Shown here one piece after another: positions 1 through 11,033 of a DNA stretch of 64,000 nt. The stretch is from an uncultured Holophagales bacterium. Lineage in GTDB: Bacteria > Acidobacteriota > Thermoanaerobaculia > Multivoradales > UBA5704. Each line of letters opens with the position of its first letter. Within the stretch, counting starts at the first letter, position 1. Made by a program: the position numbers and the translations under genes. The DNA lies in assembly GCA_963842525.1 (NCBI GenBank), contig CAWJGT010000004.1, forward strand, positions 32,001-96,000. The letters run 5' to 3'. The notes under the pieces were generated by a model, which saw only the letters and a program-made list of their open reading frames with translations, ran no database searches and was not told the origin of the DNA.

Positions 1-122
1 GTCTGCCGGAAGGCCGCCAGGGGCGCGGCCGGCTCACTGAACTCAGGGTGGTGCGGAGAACCCGAGGCGAGTAGAATACAACGGAGCCGCGAGCCTGCGG
101 ACGTCTGGAAGCGAGGCGAATC

Positions 123-389
123 ATGGCAGAGAACCATCCGGAGTCAACAGGTGGCGCACCTTCGGTCTCCGCAGCCCATCGCTATTTGTTCTTCGCCGAC
201 CCCAGGCAACTCACCACGGAACGCCTTGAGATGTGGCTCTGCCGCAATGGTGGGCGCGTCGTACGTCGCCTCCGCGGGGGCGAGGTCCTAGCTGTGGTTG
301 ACGAGGATCTCCTGGCCACGCTTCGCCGTGAGCACCCCGAGGTAACCGCCGAGCCCGACGTTCTCCTTACCGGCTCGGCGGTCGGCTGA
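123..389 (+). CDS. small hypothetical protein (88 aa)
   Basis: ATG preceded by GAGG, protein-like composition; no family recognised. Confidence 0.5.
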   Translation: MAENHPESTGGAPSVSAAHRYLFFADPRQLTTERLEMWLCRNGGRVVRRLRGGEVLAVVDEDLLATLRREHPEVTAEPDVLLTGSAVG

Positions 390-597
390 GCCAAGACGGA
401 CAGCTCCCCCTCCCCCCAGAAGCTCCAGAGCGACAGCCCCCGGGGCCCCCCTCCGGCCAAGCCAGCAGCACCGCCCGCGTTGGCGGCGATGATCATGTCG
501 GCAGAGGACCGCATCTGGGCCGCCTTCCTGGAGCTGTCCTCTGATCTCGCCAGATCGCCTCGCTGTGTTCTGCTTGCGGTATCATTTGCCTTGCGGC

Positions 598-3141
598 ATG
601 TCGTACGCGCAACAGAAGATAACCTCATCCGATATGGTCTCGCCGAGGGACGAGCTTCTTGGGGAGTTGGCCCGTGAAGAGGCCCATCTGGCTGAGATCG
701 AGCGGCAGCGGGAGGCGGTGTGCTCGCGGATGGAGATCCTGCGCGAAAAGCTCGCGGTCCTCTCTGCGGAGGAGCCGGCCCAGTCTGCCCTTCCCGCCGC
801 CAGCGAGATTCTTGCGCCGACGACACCGGCAGACAAGGTCCGGCTCTTTCGGGGTCTGTTCAGGGGTCGCGAAGACATCCTCCCGACGAGGTTTGTGAGC
901 AAGAGGACCGGGAAGGCCGGCTATGCACCTACCTGCGCGAACAAGTTCGTGCGCGGGGTCTGCGACCTTCCGAAGGTCAAGTGCAGTGAATGCCCGAACC
1001 AGGCCTTCACACCGGTGGACGACCGGATGGTCCTTGACCACCTGAAGGGCCATCACGTCATGGGCGTCTATCCTCTGCTCCCGGATGAGACGTGCTGGTT
1101 CCTCGCCATCGACTTCGACAAGGCTTCCTGGCAGGACGATGTCGGGGCGTTTGTCGAGACCTGCCGGGCCGTGGACGTTTCGGTGGCTGTCGAACGTTCC
1201 CGGTCCGGAAACGGCGCTCACGCCTGGTTCTTCTTCGAGGCTCCAGTGGCGGCGCGCCTCGCCCGGAAGATGGGATGCTATCTCCTCACGGAGACCATGT
1301 CCCGGCGACATCAGCTCAGCATGGGGTCGTATGACCGGCTCTTCCCCAACCAGGACACCATGCCACGCGGCGGTTTCGGGAATCTCATTGCGCTGCCGCT
1401 CCAGCGCGAGCCGCGGCAACAGGGGAACACCGTGTTCGTGGACGCATCGTTCCAGGCCTACGACGACCAGTGGAGCTACCTCGCCTCTCTGCCGCGGATC
1501 GCTTCTTCGTTCGCGGAGAGCCTTGCGACGGAGGCGACGCGGCGAGGGCTCGTAATCGGCGTTCGCCTCGCCGAGCCGGCTGACGGCGAGGAGTCGACTC
1601 CGTGGAGGCGCAGACCTTCGGGCCGTCCTCGGCAGGTGCCCCTCTCGGGTCCGCTGCCGCACGAGGTGTGTGCGGTGCTCGCACAGCGCCTCTTCGTCGA
1701 GAAGGCGAGCCTCCCTTCTCCACTTCTGAATGAGATCAAGCGCCTCGCCGCTTTTCAGAACCCGGAGTTCTACAAGAAGCAGAGCCTGCGGCTCTCGACG
1801 GCGATGACGCCGCGGGTGATCGCCTGTGCGGAGGAACTTGCACAACATGTTGCGCTGCCGAGGGGGTGCCTCGGTGATCTGGAAGAGCTTTTCCAGGCGC
1901 ATGGGATGAAGCTCCAGGTGGAGGATCAGCGTCAGGAGGGTGAGGCTCTCGATGTCGAGCTCAAGGGCGAACTCACGGCGGTCCAGCAGGAGGCCGCGGA
2001 GGCTCTCCTCCGGCACGACATCGGTGTGTTTGTCGCGCCTCCCGGGGTTGGCAAGACGGTTCTGGGTACGTACCTGGTGGCGAAGCGCGCACGGAGCACG
2101 CTGGTGCTGGTCCACCGTCAACCTCTGCTGGATCAGTGGGTGGCTCAGCTCTCGATGTTTCTTGGTCTCGAGGAGAAGGAGATCGGCCAGATCGGCGGGG
2201 GGAAGCGCAGGCCGAACGGGCGGCTGGATGTGGCCATGATCCAGAGCCTGGTCCGGCAGGGCCGGGTCGAGGACCTGGTGGAGACGTATGGCCATGTGAT
2301 CGTGGACGAGTGCCACCATGTCCCGGCGGTTTCGTTCGAGCGTGTGCTCTCAGAAGTCAAGGCCCGGTATGTCCTGGGATTGACCGCCACGCCGTACCGC
2401 CGGGATGGGCATCATCCGATTCTGGAGATGCAGTTGGGGCCTGTTCGCTTCGCCGTAGATCCCAGAAGTCAGGCGGCACGGCGGCCGTTCGAGCACCGGT
2501 TGGTCGTCCGTGAGACGGCTTTCCGGCTGGAGGGTAGCGGCGCGGAGGCTGGAATCCAGGGGATCTATGCGGCTCTCGCCGGGGACGAGGCGCGGAACCG
2601 CCTGATTCTGGACGATGTTCTCCATGCGTTGGAGGAGGGGCGCTCGCCGGTCCTCCTCACAGAGCGAAGGGATCACCTCGAATACTTTGCGGAGCAGTTG
2701 CGCGGGTTCGTCCGCCATCTGGTGGTCCTGCAGGGCGGTATGACGGCCAAGGAGCGTCGAAAGCTTGGGGCGCGGCTTGCGGCTGTCCCCGACGGAGAGG
2801 AGCGGCTTGTGCTGGCTACGGGCCGCTATATCGGCGAGGGGTTCGATGATCGGCGGCTGGATACGCTGGTGCTGGCGATGCCGGTGTCCTGGAAAGGAAC
2901 GCTGGTCCAATACACGGGGCGGCTGCACCGGCTTCACCCGCGGAAGTCGGAGGTGCGAATCTTCGATTAGGTGGACCGGGAGGTGCCTGTGCTGGCGCGG
3001 ATGTTCGAGAGGCGGCTGCGGACGTATCGGGCGATCGGGTATGTGCGGGGGGAGGGAGCGCCCAGGCCAGAAGAGGCGATCCGGGAGCGGACGGTGGAGT
3101 ATGACGAGGAGGCTCTTCGGTATTTCGAGGAGGGGGGATGA
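598..3141 (+). CDS. AEP-like primase domain (TOTE-type) fused to DEAD/DEAH SF2 helicase; internal TAG at 2968-2970
   Basis: N-terminal FLAIDFD and ERSRSGNGAHAW primase-like motifs; Walker A APPGVGKT, DECHH, LTAT, QYTGRLHR. Frame continues past TAG as VDREVPVLARMFERRLRTYRAIGY to TGA at 3139-3141. Start could be 598 or 634. Confidence 0.85.
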
Positions 3142-3199
3142 GGGGGAGCACGGACTGGCACGGACCGACACGGAGGAGGCACGGACGGCCAGGTGATGG

Positions 3200-3850
3200 C
3201 GAGTGACCAAAAACGTGATTCTGAGCACCAAGTTTCCCGGTCGTGCGGCGTCGCGGAAGTGCTTGTCTGGTAAGGACTTGGTCATGATGAACCGTCGTAC
3301 AGACCCCCTCTCGGCCGCCTCCACCACGGAAAACGGAACTAGTTTCGTTTTTTCCACAGGGGAAAAGGCCCGCCGAGATTGAGTTTGCCGCGATTTCGGG
3401 AGGTCGAAAAGCCGGTTCTAACCGGCGCAGAAGGGCAACCGCAGGAAGGTAGTTAAAACCAGCGGTGTGGAGGGGGTCGGAGGGGGCGCCGCGGCTGGCG
3501 CGGACCGGTCCCAGGTGCACATGCGGCGTGCGTCGATCAAGGCGACGGAGGTGCACCTGCCTGGGGACTAGGGGAGGGTGCAACGGATGATGCTGCGGTC
3601 GCGCGCTCGGGCCGCAAAGGGGCGGCGGGTGGAGTCAACAAAAGTCCTCTTCTGTTGCATGCTTTTTCCGGCCGGGCGGCAGCGCGGAAAGGCCCGTCCG
3701 GCTTGGGTTTGGCCGCGCTCATCCGTCGTCCAGCCCCCCTCTCCTCCCACCGCAGCTCCGAAAACGAAACCAGTTCCGTTTTTTCCACAGGGAAAAGGCC
3801 CGCCGGGATTGGGTTTTCCTCGATCTTGAGGAGGCGAAAGCGTCTTATTT
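3200..3850. repeat. degenerate direct duplication (~220 bp, ~430 bp apart) with palindromes and TTTTCCACA boxes
   Basis: 3200-3420 aligns with 3630-3850; shared AAAACGRAACYAGTTYCGTTTTTTCCACAGGG(G)AAAAGGCCCGCCG. Confidence 0.8.
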
Positions 3851-5000
3851 AAGCCCTTGGAACTGAGCCCTCGCAGGAAGGTGGTTGGGATGGACCCGCC
3901 GGGCGGCGGTTGGGGGTGGCGGGCGGGGATGAGATCGGGTCGGGATTGGGTGGGCGCGCTGGAGGACCGGAGGCCGGCTTCTCACGGGCGCAGGCTCCAG
4001 CGGGGCCACCCGGCCTGGGCCGAGGCCCCTTGCAGGGGCCGGAGGGGGATGGGGCGGGGCGGGGTGGTCAAGATAAACCCGGCAGGTTGGCGGAGCGCTT
4101 CGAAGGCATGGCTCCATCCGGCCTGCGGAGCCAAGCTGTCCGGACCTTGCTGCGGGGGGAGGCCCGGGTAGGTGCCCGCCCCTGGTTAACATAGTGCAGT
4201 TCATTATGTTAAGGCGAAGCCCGTAGGCGGGGAGTGGCGCAGGGCGAGGGTCGGATAAAGTCGTTCATTTATCGGACCCCTCGCCCGGAGGGAGGGGGAG
4301 CCGCCCCCGCCGGAGCCAGGGGTGGGCAGCTCCCGGGCCGGAGGGTGGGGGAAATCAAATGGGGTGGGCGGCCGGGGATTGGGTGGGCGCACCGGCGGAT
4401 CGACGGCTGGCTTTCCACGACCACAGTTTCCGGGGCGGCCACCCGGCCTTATTCGAACACGGCCGCCATCACCACGAAAAACACGCCGGAGAGAGGGTGG
4501 CGGGACGCTGCCGTCGCCGCGGCGGTGCCCGGCGCGCGGGGCGGCGGGCTTTGCGCCAGCGTCTTGTGGGGGCGCGCCTTCGCGGCAACCCCGGGGACGC
4601 GGGTGGGTGGTGGGACGTTGCCATCCTCACGGCTGGTTGGACCTCGCGCGGGTGGCGGGACGCTGCCATCGCCGCGGCGGCTGCCCGGCGCGCGGGGTGG
4701 TGGGTTTTGCGCCAGCGCCTTTGTGGGGGCGCGCCTTCGCGGGAAGCTCCGCATGGTGACGTTTGCCCTTCCCCACCTTCGGATGGAACTCGAGCGGGTG
4801 GGAGCAGGTTGCGGAGCTCCGCGGAGTCAAGCTGCGTCGGTGGGAGATCGAAATGAATTCGGCAGGTTGGCGGAGCTTGCGGAGCCAATCTGCCGGACCT
4901 TGCCTGGTGGGTGGAGCGGGTCGCGCACTGTGCACGTGAGTGGTCGGCCTGGGTGGTGGTCACGTGCACTGTGCCGATCCCGCGAGTGGGGGAAATCAAG

Positions 5001-6025
5001 ATGGGTGGGCGGCCGGGGATTGGGTGGGCGCGCCGGAGGACCGGAGGACGGCTTTTCACGGCCGCAGGCTTCTGGGGCGGCCACCCGGCCTTGCAGGATG
5101 GAGGCTCCGACTGCGAAGAGGCTGAGCGCAGAGAGGGTGGGAGCAGTTCGAACGGAGCGCCCTGCGCGGAGTCGATCTGCGGGGCGGAAAGCTGCCGGGA
5201 CCACGATGGCTCTACCGCCAGAGTAGCTCCGGTCGGCGGAGCGGATGGGTGGGCCGAGCCGGAGCTTCTCTGGCGGGGCACGACGGCTCGCAGGCCCTCC
5301 CCATCAAATGGGTGGGCGGCCGGGAATTGGGTGGGCGCGCCGGAGGACCGGAGAACGGCTTTTCACGGCCGCAGGCTCTGGGGCGGCCACCCGGCCTTGC
5401 AGGATGGAGGCTCCGACTGCGCAGAGGCTGAGCACAGAGAGGGTGGGAGCCGTTCGGCGGAGCGCCCTGCGCGGAGCCGATCTGCGGGGCGGAAAGCTGC
5501 GGGGACCATGATGGCTCTACCGCCAGAGTAGCTCCGGTCGGCGGAGCGGGTGGGCGGATGGGTGGGCCGAGCCGGAGCTTCTCTGGCGGGGCACGACGGC
5601 TCGCAGACCTTCCCCATCAAATGGGTGGGCGGCCGGGGATTGGGTGGGCGCGCCGGAGGACCGGAGGACGGCTTTTCACGGCCGCAGGATCCGGGGCGGC
5701 CACCCGGCCTTGCAGGATGGAGGCTCCGACTGCGCAGAGGCTGAGCACAGAGAGGGTGGGAGCAGTTCGGCGGAGCGCCCTGCGCGGAGCCGATCTGCGG
5801 GGCGGAAAGCTGCGGGGACCACGATGGCTCTACCGCCAGAGTAGCTCCGGTCGGCGGAGCGGGTGGGCGGATGGGTGAGCCGAGCCGGAGCTTCTCTGGC
5901 GGGGCACGACGGCTCGCAGGCCCTCCTCATCAAATGGGTGGGCGGGTGTGGAATTGGGTGGGCGCGCCGGAGGACTGGAGGCCGGCTTTTCACGGCCGCA
6001 GGCTTCGGCGCGGCCACCCGGCCTT
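5001..6025. repeat. tandem array of ~307-313 bp units (3 full + 1 partial)
   Basis: ATGGGTGGGCGG unit starts at ~5001, ~5308, 5621, ~5934; near-identical units; partial copies near 3945-4015 and 4359-4450. Confidence 0.92.
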
Positions 6026-6750
6026 TTCAAAAGACGGCCGCCGTCCCCGCCCGCGGGTGGAGCTCGCGCGGGTGGTTGGGCGCTGCCGTCCCCGCCCGGC
6101 TGCTGGCGCGCGGGGTGGTGGGGTGTGCGTCAGCGAGCTGGTGGGGGCGCGCCTTTCACGGGAAGCTCCGAGGACGCGGGTGGGTGGCGGGGGCGTTGCC
6201 CTCGCCGCGGCGGGATCGACCTCGCGCGGGTGGTCGGTTGGCGCCGCCGTCCCCAGCCGGGCTGCGGGAGCCGGAGACGTTTCCGGAAACGAAACCGGGC
6301 GGCCGTCACTGGCTCGAGAACTCAGCCGCGAGAGGCGGGAGGGTGGCGTTGCCGTCGCCGTGGCGTTGCCTGGAGCGCGGGGTGAGGGGGTGTGCGTCAG
6401 CGCTCTGGAGGGGCGCACGCCTTCTCGACGGGACTCCGGGGACGCGGGGTGGGTGGCGGGGACGTTGCCGACGCCGCGGCGGGATCGACCTGGCGCGGGT
6501 GGTGGGGTGGCGCCGCCGTCCCCTGCCCCAGGCTGCACGGCGCGCGGGGTGGCCTTGATTGTGTCAACGCCCAGGTGCGAGCGCGTTTGCGCGTCGGCCC
6601 CCGGTGCGGCCACCCGGCCCTTCAGAACGACGGCCGCCATCCCCCTCGCCCGTCCCAGCCCAGAGAGGGAGGGCGATTTCTCGGGTTACTTTTTCGTGCA
6701 AAGTGCTTTATCATAGTTCGGATGTCACCCCGACTCGAAAGGAGTCAGCC

Positions 6751-7029
6751 TTGCTGAAACACCCGAGCGCTTTCCTTCCCGTGACCATGTCCCTCGGTGC
6801 CCTCGCCACCGTGTTGGTGTTCGTCGCCTTGCACGGAACCGCCCCCCAGGCAGATGAGGGTGCAGCCGCCCACATTTGGCAGCTCCTTATGGCTGCCCAG
6901 GTACCTATCGTGCTGTTCTTCGCGATGAAGTGGCTGCCGCGGTCACCAAGACAGGCTGTGCCCGTCCTAGCGCTGCAAGTCGGCGCTGCAGTAGCAGCGA
7001 TGGCGCCCGTGTTCTTGCTCCACTGGTAG
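6751..7029 (+). CDS. small membrane protein (92 aa, ~3 TM; ADEGAAAHIWQLLM motif)
   Basis: GAAAGGAG RBS at 6737-6744, TTG start, hydrophobic helices; resembles a recurring hypothetical family. Confidence 0.75.
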   Translation: MLKHPSAFLPVTMSLGALATVLVFVALHGTAPQADEGAAAHIWQLLMAAQVPIVLFFAMKWLPRSPRQAVPVLALQVGAAVAAMAPVFLLHW

Positions 7030-7613
7030 GGGTATAGGCCGCGGGCCGCCTTCCCCGCCCAGGCTGCCTGGCGCGCGGGGTGGTGGCGTGTGCGTCAGCG
7101 GGCTGGTGGGGGCGCGCCTTCGGTTGTCCAGCTGTAGGCGATCACCAGAAGCCGTAGAAATATGGGCCATCAGGTCGAGCAGCCGTCCGGTATCGTCCTC
7201 GGAAACGTTATCCGACTCCGCAGCGTGGGGACGTCGGGTGCCACCCGACCACTCGTGAGAGGTCGATACCGCCGCGGCGACATCACTGTGGGAGTTCGTC
7301 GGCGAGGGGTGGGCGAATGGCGCTCTCATCGCTGCGGCGGCTGCCTGGCGCGCCGGGTGATGGCGTATGCGTCAGCGAGCTGGCGGTGGCGTGCGTTCGC
7401 GGACGCTCCGGAGACGCGTGTGGGTGGAGGGGCTTGCCGTCGCCGCGGAAGCTGGCCGGAGAGTGGGTGGGCGGGAGGGCGCCCCCACGGTGGCCGGAGC
7501 GAGCAGGGGGGATGATTGCGTCCAGCGCAGGCGGGGCGATGTAGGCTTCGGGGGATGTACATAGAAATTTTGCTATGTTAAAGAACTTGCAGGCCACCCA
7601 GGCCGTGCCTGGT

Positions 7614-7711
7614 CTTGCGTGCAGGCCTGCGTAGCCGCGTGCGGACTTGCGTGCAGACCTGCGTGCGGCTCCCCAGAGCCGCGTGCGGACTTGCGTGCGG
7701 CTTTGCGCGGC
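7614..7711. repeat. short ~12-bp degenerate tandem repeat (CYTGCGTGCRGM)
   Basis: 6-7 copies of the GCGTGC core in ~100 bp. Confidence 0.65.
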
Positions 7712-8520
7712 AAATCCTGCGGCCCCCACCCCCCTCCGCCCCCTTCGGTTGAGTTCTCTCGCGGATGGAAATTTCAGAGGAACGGAACGAAACCTCAGGG
7801 AATCCCGGAATAACGATCTAAAATTTTCTCACTAGATCTCAAGCGGGGCTTGTCTGAGCCTGCCTTCGGCGATCCAGGGATGAAACAGCGCGCCGCCGCC
7901 AGCCACCCCGCCGCCCACTTCACCTAGAACCGGAGCCCAAGGTACCGCGGCGAGCCGGACCCTAGATGGTAGGCTGCTGGCGGCCAGGCGCGCGGACCGA
8001 CTGGCGAGCCAAGCGGCTGGGCCACTCGCTGGCCACGGATGGGCTGGCCTCTGCAAGGCCCTCTACGGCGTTTTCCCGGCCGGCGGCAGGAACGGGGACA
8101 GCCCAAGCAGCCCCAGGCTCAGAGGAGCCGCCAGACAGCTTGGCGTTGATCTGGCTGCTGGAGCAGGTGAGAGGTGGGGAACCGTGCCCTCCGGGCCGGC
8201 GATGGCGCAGACGCCTTGCTCACGGGAGTGCAGGGCCGAGGCGAGCCGACCCAAGCCAGCAATAGGCATGCTCGGGATGGCCTCGGGTTCGGGCTCAACG
8301 GCCGGCGCGGTGCTCCCGGCCAGCCGTCTTGTTGACACTTTGGTACCCCCAAGTGACCCGGGAGCGCCAGTGAAAAGTGAAGCTACTGAAAACAAAAAAC
8401 TTACACACAGTGACCGGGTCTGGGGGGACGTAGCTGGGCCTTCAAGCGAGATCGAGGCTTCTTACGAGGGAGTCTCTGAAGAGGTCCGGCAAGCTACCTC
8501 CTCAGAGCACCAACCACGTT

Positions 8521-8574
8521 CCCCCTCTCCCGGTGGAAGGGGGGGCGATGGGAGAGGGGGACAGGGGGTGAGGT
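8521..8574. repeat. REP-like palindrome, CCCCTCTCCC/GGGAGAGGGG family
   Basis: same element recurs at 27645, 35015, 54484, 58974; abuts a stop codon. Confidence 0.85.
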
Positions 8575-9802
8575 CTACCGCTTCGCCACCCGCACCTGCT
8601 CGCCGCGGAACGGCTTCTTGAGGTAGGCCTTGGCGCTCTGGCGCGCGTAGTCGTGGGACTCCCCCTTCCACTTCATGTCCAGCACCGCGCGGTAACAGCG
8701 GAGCGCCTCCTCGCGCCGGCCGAGGGCGTCGAGGGCCATGCCGTGGCGTAGACGGCCCAGTACCCGGTATTCGGTGTTGAGAGGACGCCGGGTCATGAGC
8801 TGCTCGAGCTGCTCGAGATGGACGAGCGCCGGGGCGTACTGCCGGTGGTGCATCTCGGCGCGCGAGAGGATGTAGAGCGCCTGCTCGGCGATCGCGTCGG
8901 TATAGCCGCTCTGCCCCTTGTCATGGCGGTCGACGATGTCCTGGAAGACCAGCCGCGCCTGCCCCAGGCGCCCGAGCCGCTCCAGGTTGCGCCCCTCGTA
9001 GAGGTGGAAGAGCGAGTTGCCCGGATACCGCTGGCGGAGCCAGAGCGTGTGGCGCAGGCTCTGGAGGTAGTCCTTCTCGAACATGTACTGGACCTGGAGC
9101 AGAGTGTAGGCCGCCTCGGCCTGGACGAACCGCCCCTGGGCCATGGCCCGCTCGAGCTCCTGGATGCCTTTCTGCCGGTCGCCGCGCGGGAAGAGCCGCG
9201 CGAACGGGCGCAGGATGCGGTATTGCTTCGGCACGACGGCCGCCAGATAGTCGAAGGCGCCCACGCCGAAGTCCAGGTCCCGGTTGGCCGGATCGCGCTT
9301 CGTCACCTCGCGCAGCCACCTGAGGGCCTGCTGTCCGTCCCGAGCCGCCTTGAGCCAGTTGCGGCGGTCGGAGTGGAGCCGTCCGCGGAAGGCGTGGGCG
9401 GCAGTCTGGAAGAACATGGCGTCGACGTCCTCGCGATCGGCCGCGAGGCGCGCGTCACAGCGGCTCGAGGACCTCGTCCATGGCCGCGAAGAAGGCGGCG
9501 TCCTGCGACGTGTCGTCCGGCTCGAGCTGGATGGTCCACCACGGCACCAGCGCCTTGAGGAATGGGCTTACCGGATGGCCGGGATAGCGGGCGGCGATCC
9601 CGGCGAAGACCTCGTCGGCCCCCGCGAAATCCATGTCGTAGAGATAGCCGAGCCCCTTCTTCATCTGCTCCTGGAACTGGTAGTCGTCCAGGATCGAAGG
9701 GGGGCGCGGCGTGGCCTCGGCGGCGAGAGGCGAAAGAAAGGCGAACGCGGCCAGGGCGTAGGCGAGCGATCTCCGGGGAGTCCGGGCTGCGGAGCGTTCC
9801 AT
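8575..9802 (-). CDS. secreted tetratricopeptide-repeat protein (frameshift near 9463)
   Basis: signal peptide MERSAARTPRRSLAYALAAFAFL; removing one C joins DEVLE to RCDARLAADREDVDAMFF; TPR-like helices at the C-terminus. Confidence 0.8.
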
Positions 9803-9831
9803 GTCCCAGAAAAACGGCTGGAGCGGAGGCG

Positions 9832-10923
9832 CTATTCCGCGGTGAGCGCTCCGGGGATCAGGCGGTCGCGGACGGGGTCCCAGCGCCATTGCGCCTCCCG
9901 GCCCTGAAGGTGGACGCCGCCGAGCCAGCGGTCGATGCCGTGGATGCGCACCCAGTCGTCCCGCCCCTCCAGCACCTCGGCACCGGTGGCGGTGAGATGC
10001 ACCCGCCAGGACCGCACGTGCGAGCCCTCGCGCTCCAGGCGGATCAGCCGCCGCGGATCGGTCGAGAGCTCCTGGAGGCGATGGAGGAAGGTGCTGTCGC
10101 CCATGTAGCGCCGCGCCTCCTTCTCGGAGGCGGCCCAGAAGACCGCCTCGAAGGAGGCGCTGCCCCCCAGCGCCGCCAGCCCCTCGAGAGCCTGTTGCTC
10201 GGTCCGGGAGAGCCCGTTGCCGACCGACGGGAACTCCTCCAGGTGGCGGTGGAGCGCGCCGGCCAGGAACGGCAGGGCCGAGGTGTCGCGCCGGATGGCC
10301 ACCTCGATGCCGATCGGCTCCAGGGCGCAGAAGGCGCGCCAGGCGTGGCGGGCGAGGACGAGCTGCTCCTTGGTGACCCGCTGCCGTTGCGGCAGCAGGG
10401 AGGCCATCTGCTCGGGATCGAGCTGCCCCAGGCCGTGGAACGGCTCGACGCCGGGGAATTCGCCGATGCAGATCAGGCTGAGGCGTGTGAACCCGACCTC
10501 GCGGGCGGCAAACCCGTCCAGGATGCGGATGAGCAGGAGCTGGTCGAACAGGTCGTGCTCGAACCAGAGGACCACCTCTTCGTAGGACCGGTGATCCTCC
10601 AGGAGGCGATCCCAATCCGTCAGGTCGGCGAGGCACTCGTCGTATCCGCCGTGGCCCGCCTGGGCGAGGTAGCGGGCGCGCACCTTGCGCCACCGCTCGG
10701 GCGGCAGCCCCGCCGGAGTGGGGCCCTCGTGCAGCACGTCGGCCGAGAGCGTGACCCGGCCGGGCACGCCGGCCTCGCGGAGGATCTCGGCAGCGATGCT
10801 CCCGTTGGTGACATGGAGCATGCGGGCCGGCTCCCGGGCCTGGCGGATGAACCGCTCCGGGGAGAGGCCCACGAAGGGCTCCGGCACGGAGGCCTGCGGG
10901 CTGCGGATCTTGAATTCGGCCAT
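9832..10923 (-). CDS. DUF1835 domain protein
   Basis: LHVTNG, DVLHEGP, LWFEHDLFDQL, IDRWLGGVHL motifs. Confidence 0.85.
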   Translation of the reverse strand: MAEFKIRSPQASVPEPFVGLSPERFIRQAREPARMLHVTNGSIAAEILREAGVPGRVTLSADVLHEGPTPAGLPPERWRKVRARYLAQAGHGGYDECLADLTDWDRLLEDHRSYEEVVLWFEHDLFDQLLLIRILDGFAAREVGFTRLSLICIGEFPGVEPFHGLGQLDPEQMASLLPQRQRVTKEQLVLARHAWRAFCALEPIGIEVAIRRDTSALPFLAGALHRHLEEFPSVGNGLSRTEQQALEGLAALGGSASFEAVFWAASEKEARRYMGDSTFLHRLQELSTDPRRLIRLEREGSHVRSWRVHLTATGAEVLEGRDDWVRIHGIDRWLGGVHLQGREAQWRWDPVRDRLIPGALTAE

Positions 10924-11033
10924 GGAAAACTGCCCGCGACGGAGAGGCCTCGGGGGCTGGCGACGATTCTACGGCAGAAGGCGGTCCTTCGCCCCGGTCC
11001 CTCTCCCGGAGGCCACAAGAAGAGGCCGGGTGG

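Larger units (their letters stand above)
4495..7445. repeat. second dispersed degenerate repeat family (GCGCGCGGGGTGGTGGG...GCGTCAGCG...GGGGCGCGCCTT)
   Basis: copies near 4530, 4690, 6105, 6375, 7070, 7350. Confidence 0.7.

Noticed and set aside
2968-2970. pyrrolysine or genetic-code reassignment
   Set aside because: The position corresponds to Tyr, other genes end normally at TAG, and no pyl genes are present.
6277-6290. parS site (CGTTTCCGGAAACG)
   Set aside because: The spacer differs from the TGTTTCACGTGAAACA consensus and it is a single copy.
3845-6757. many Arg/Gly/Pro-rich ORFs in the repeat region
   Set aside because: Low-complexity translations of GC-rich repeats; frames shift between repeat units and there are no RBSs or domains.
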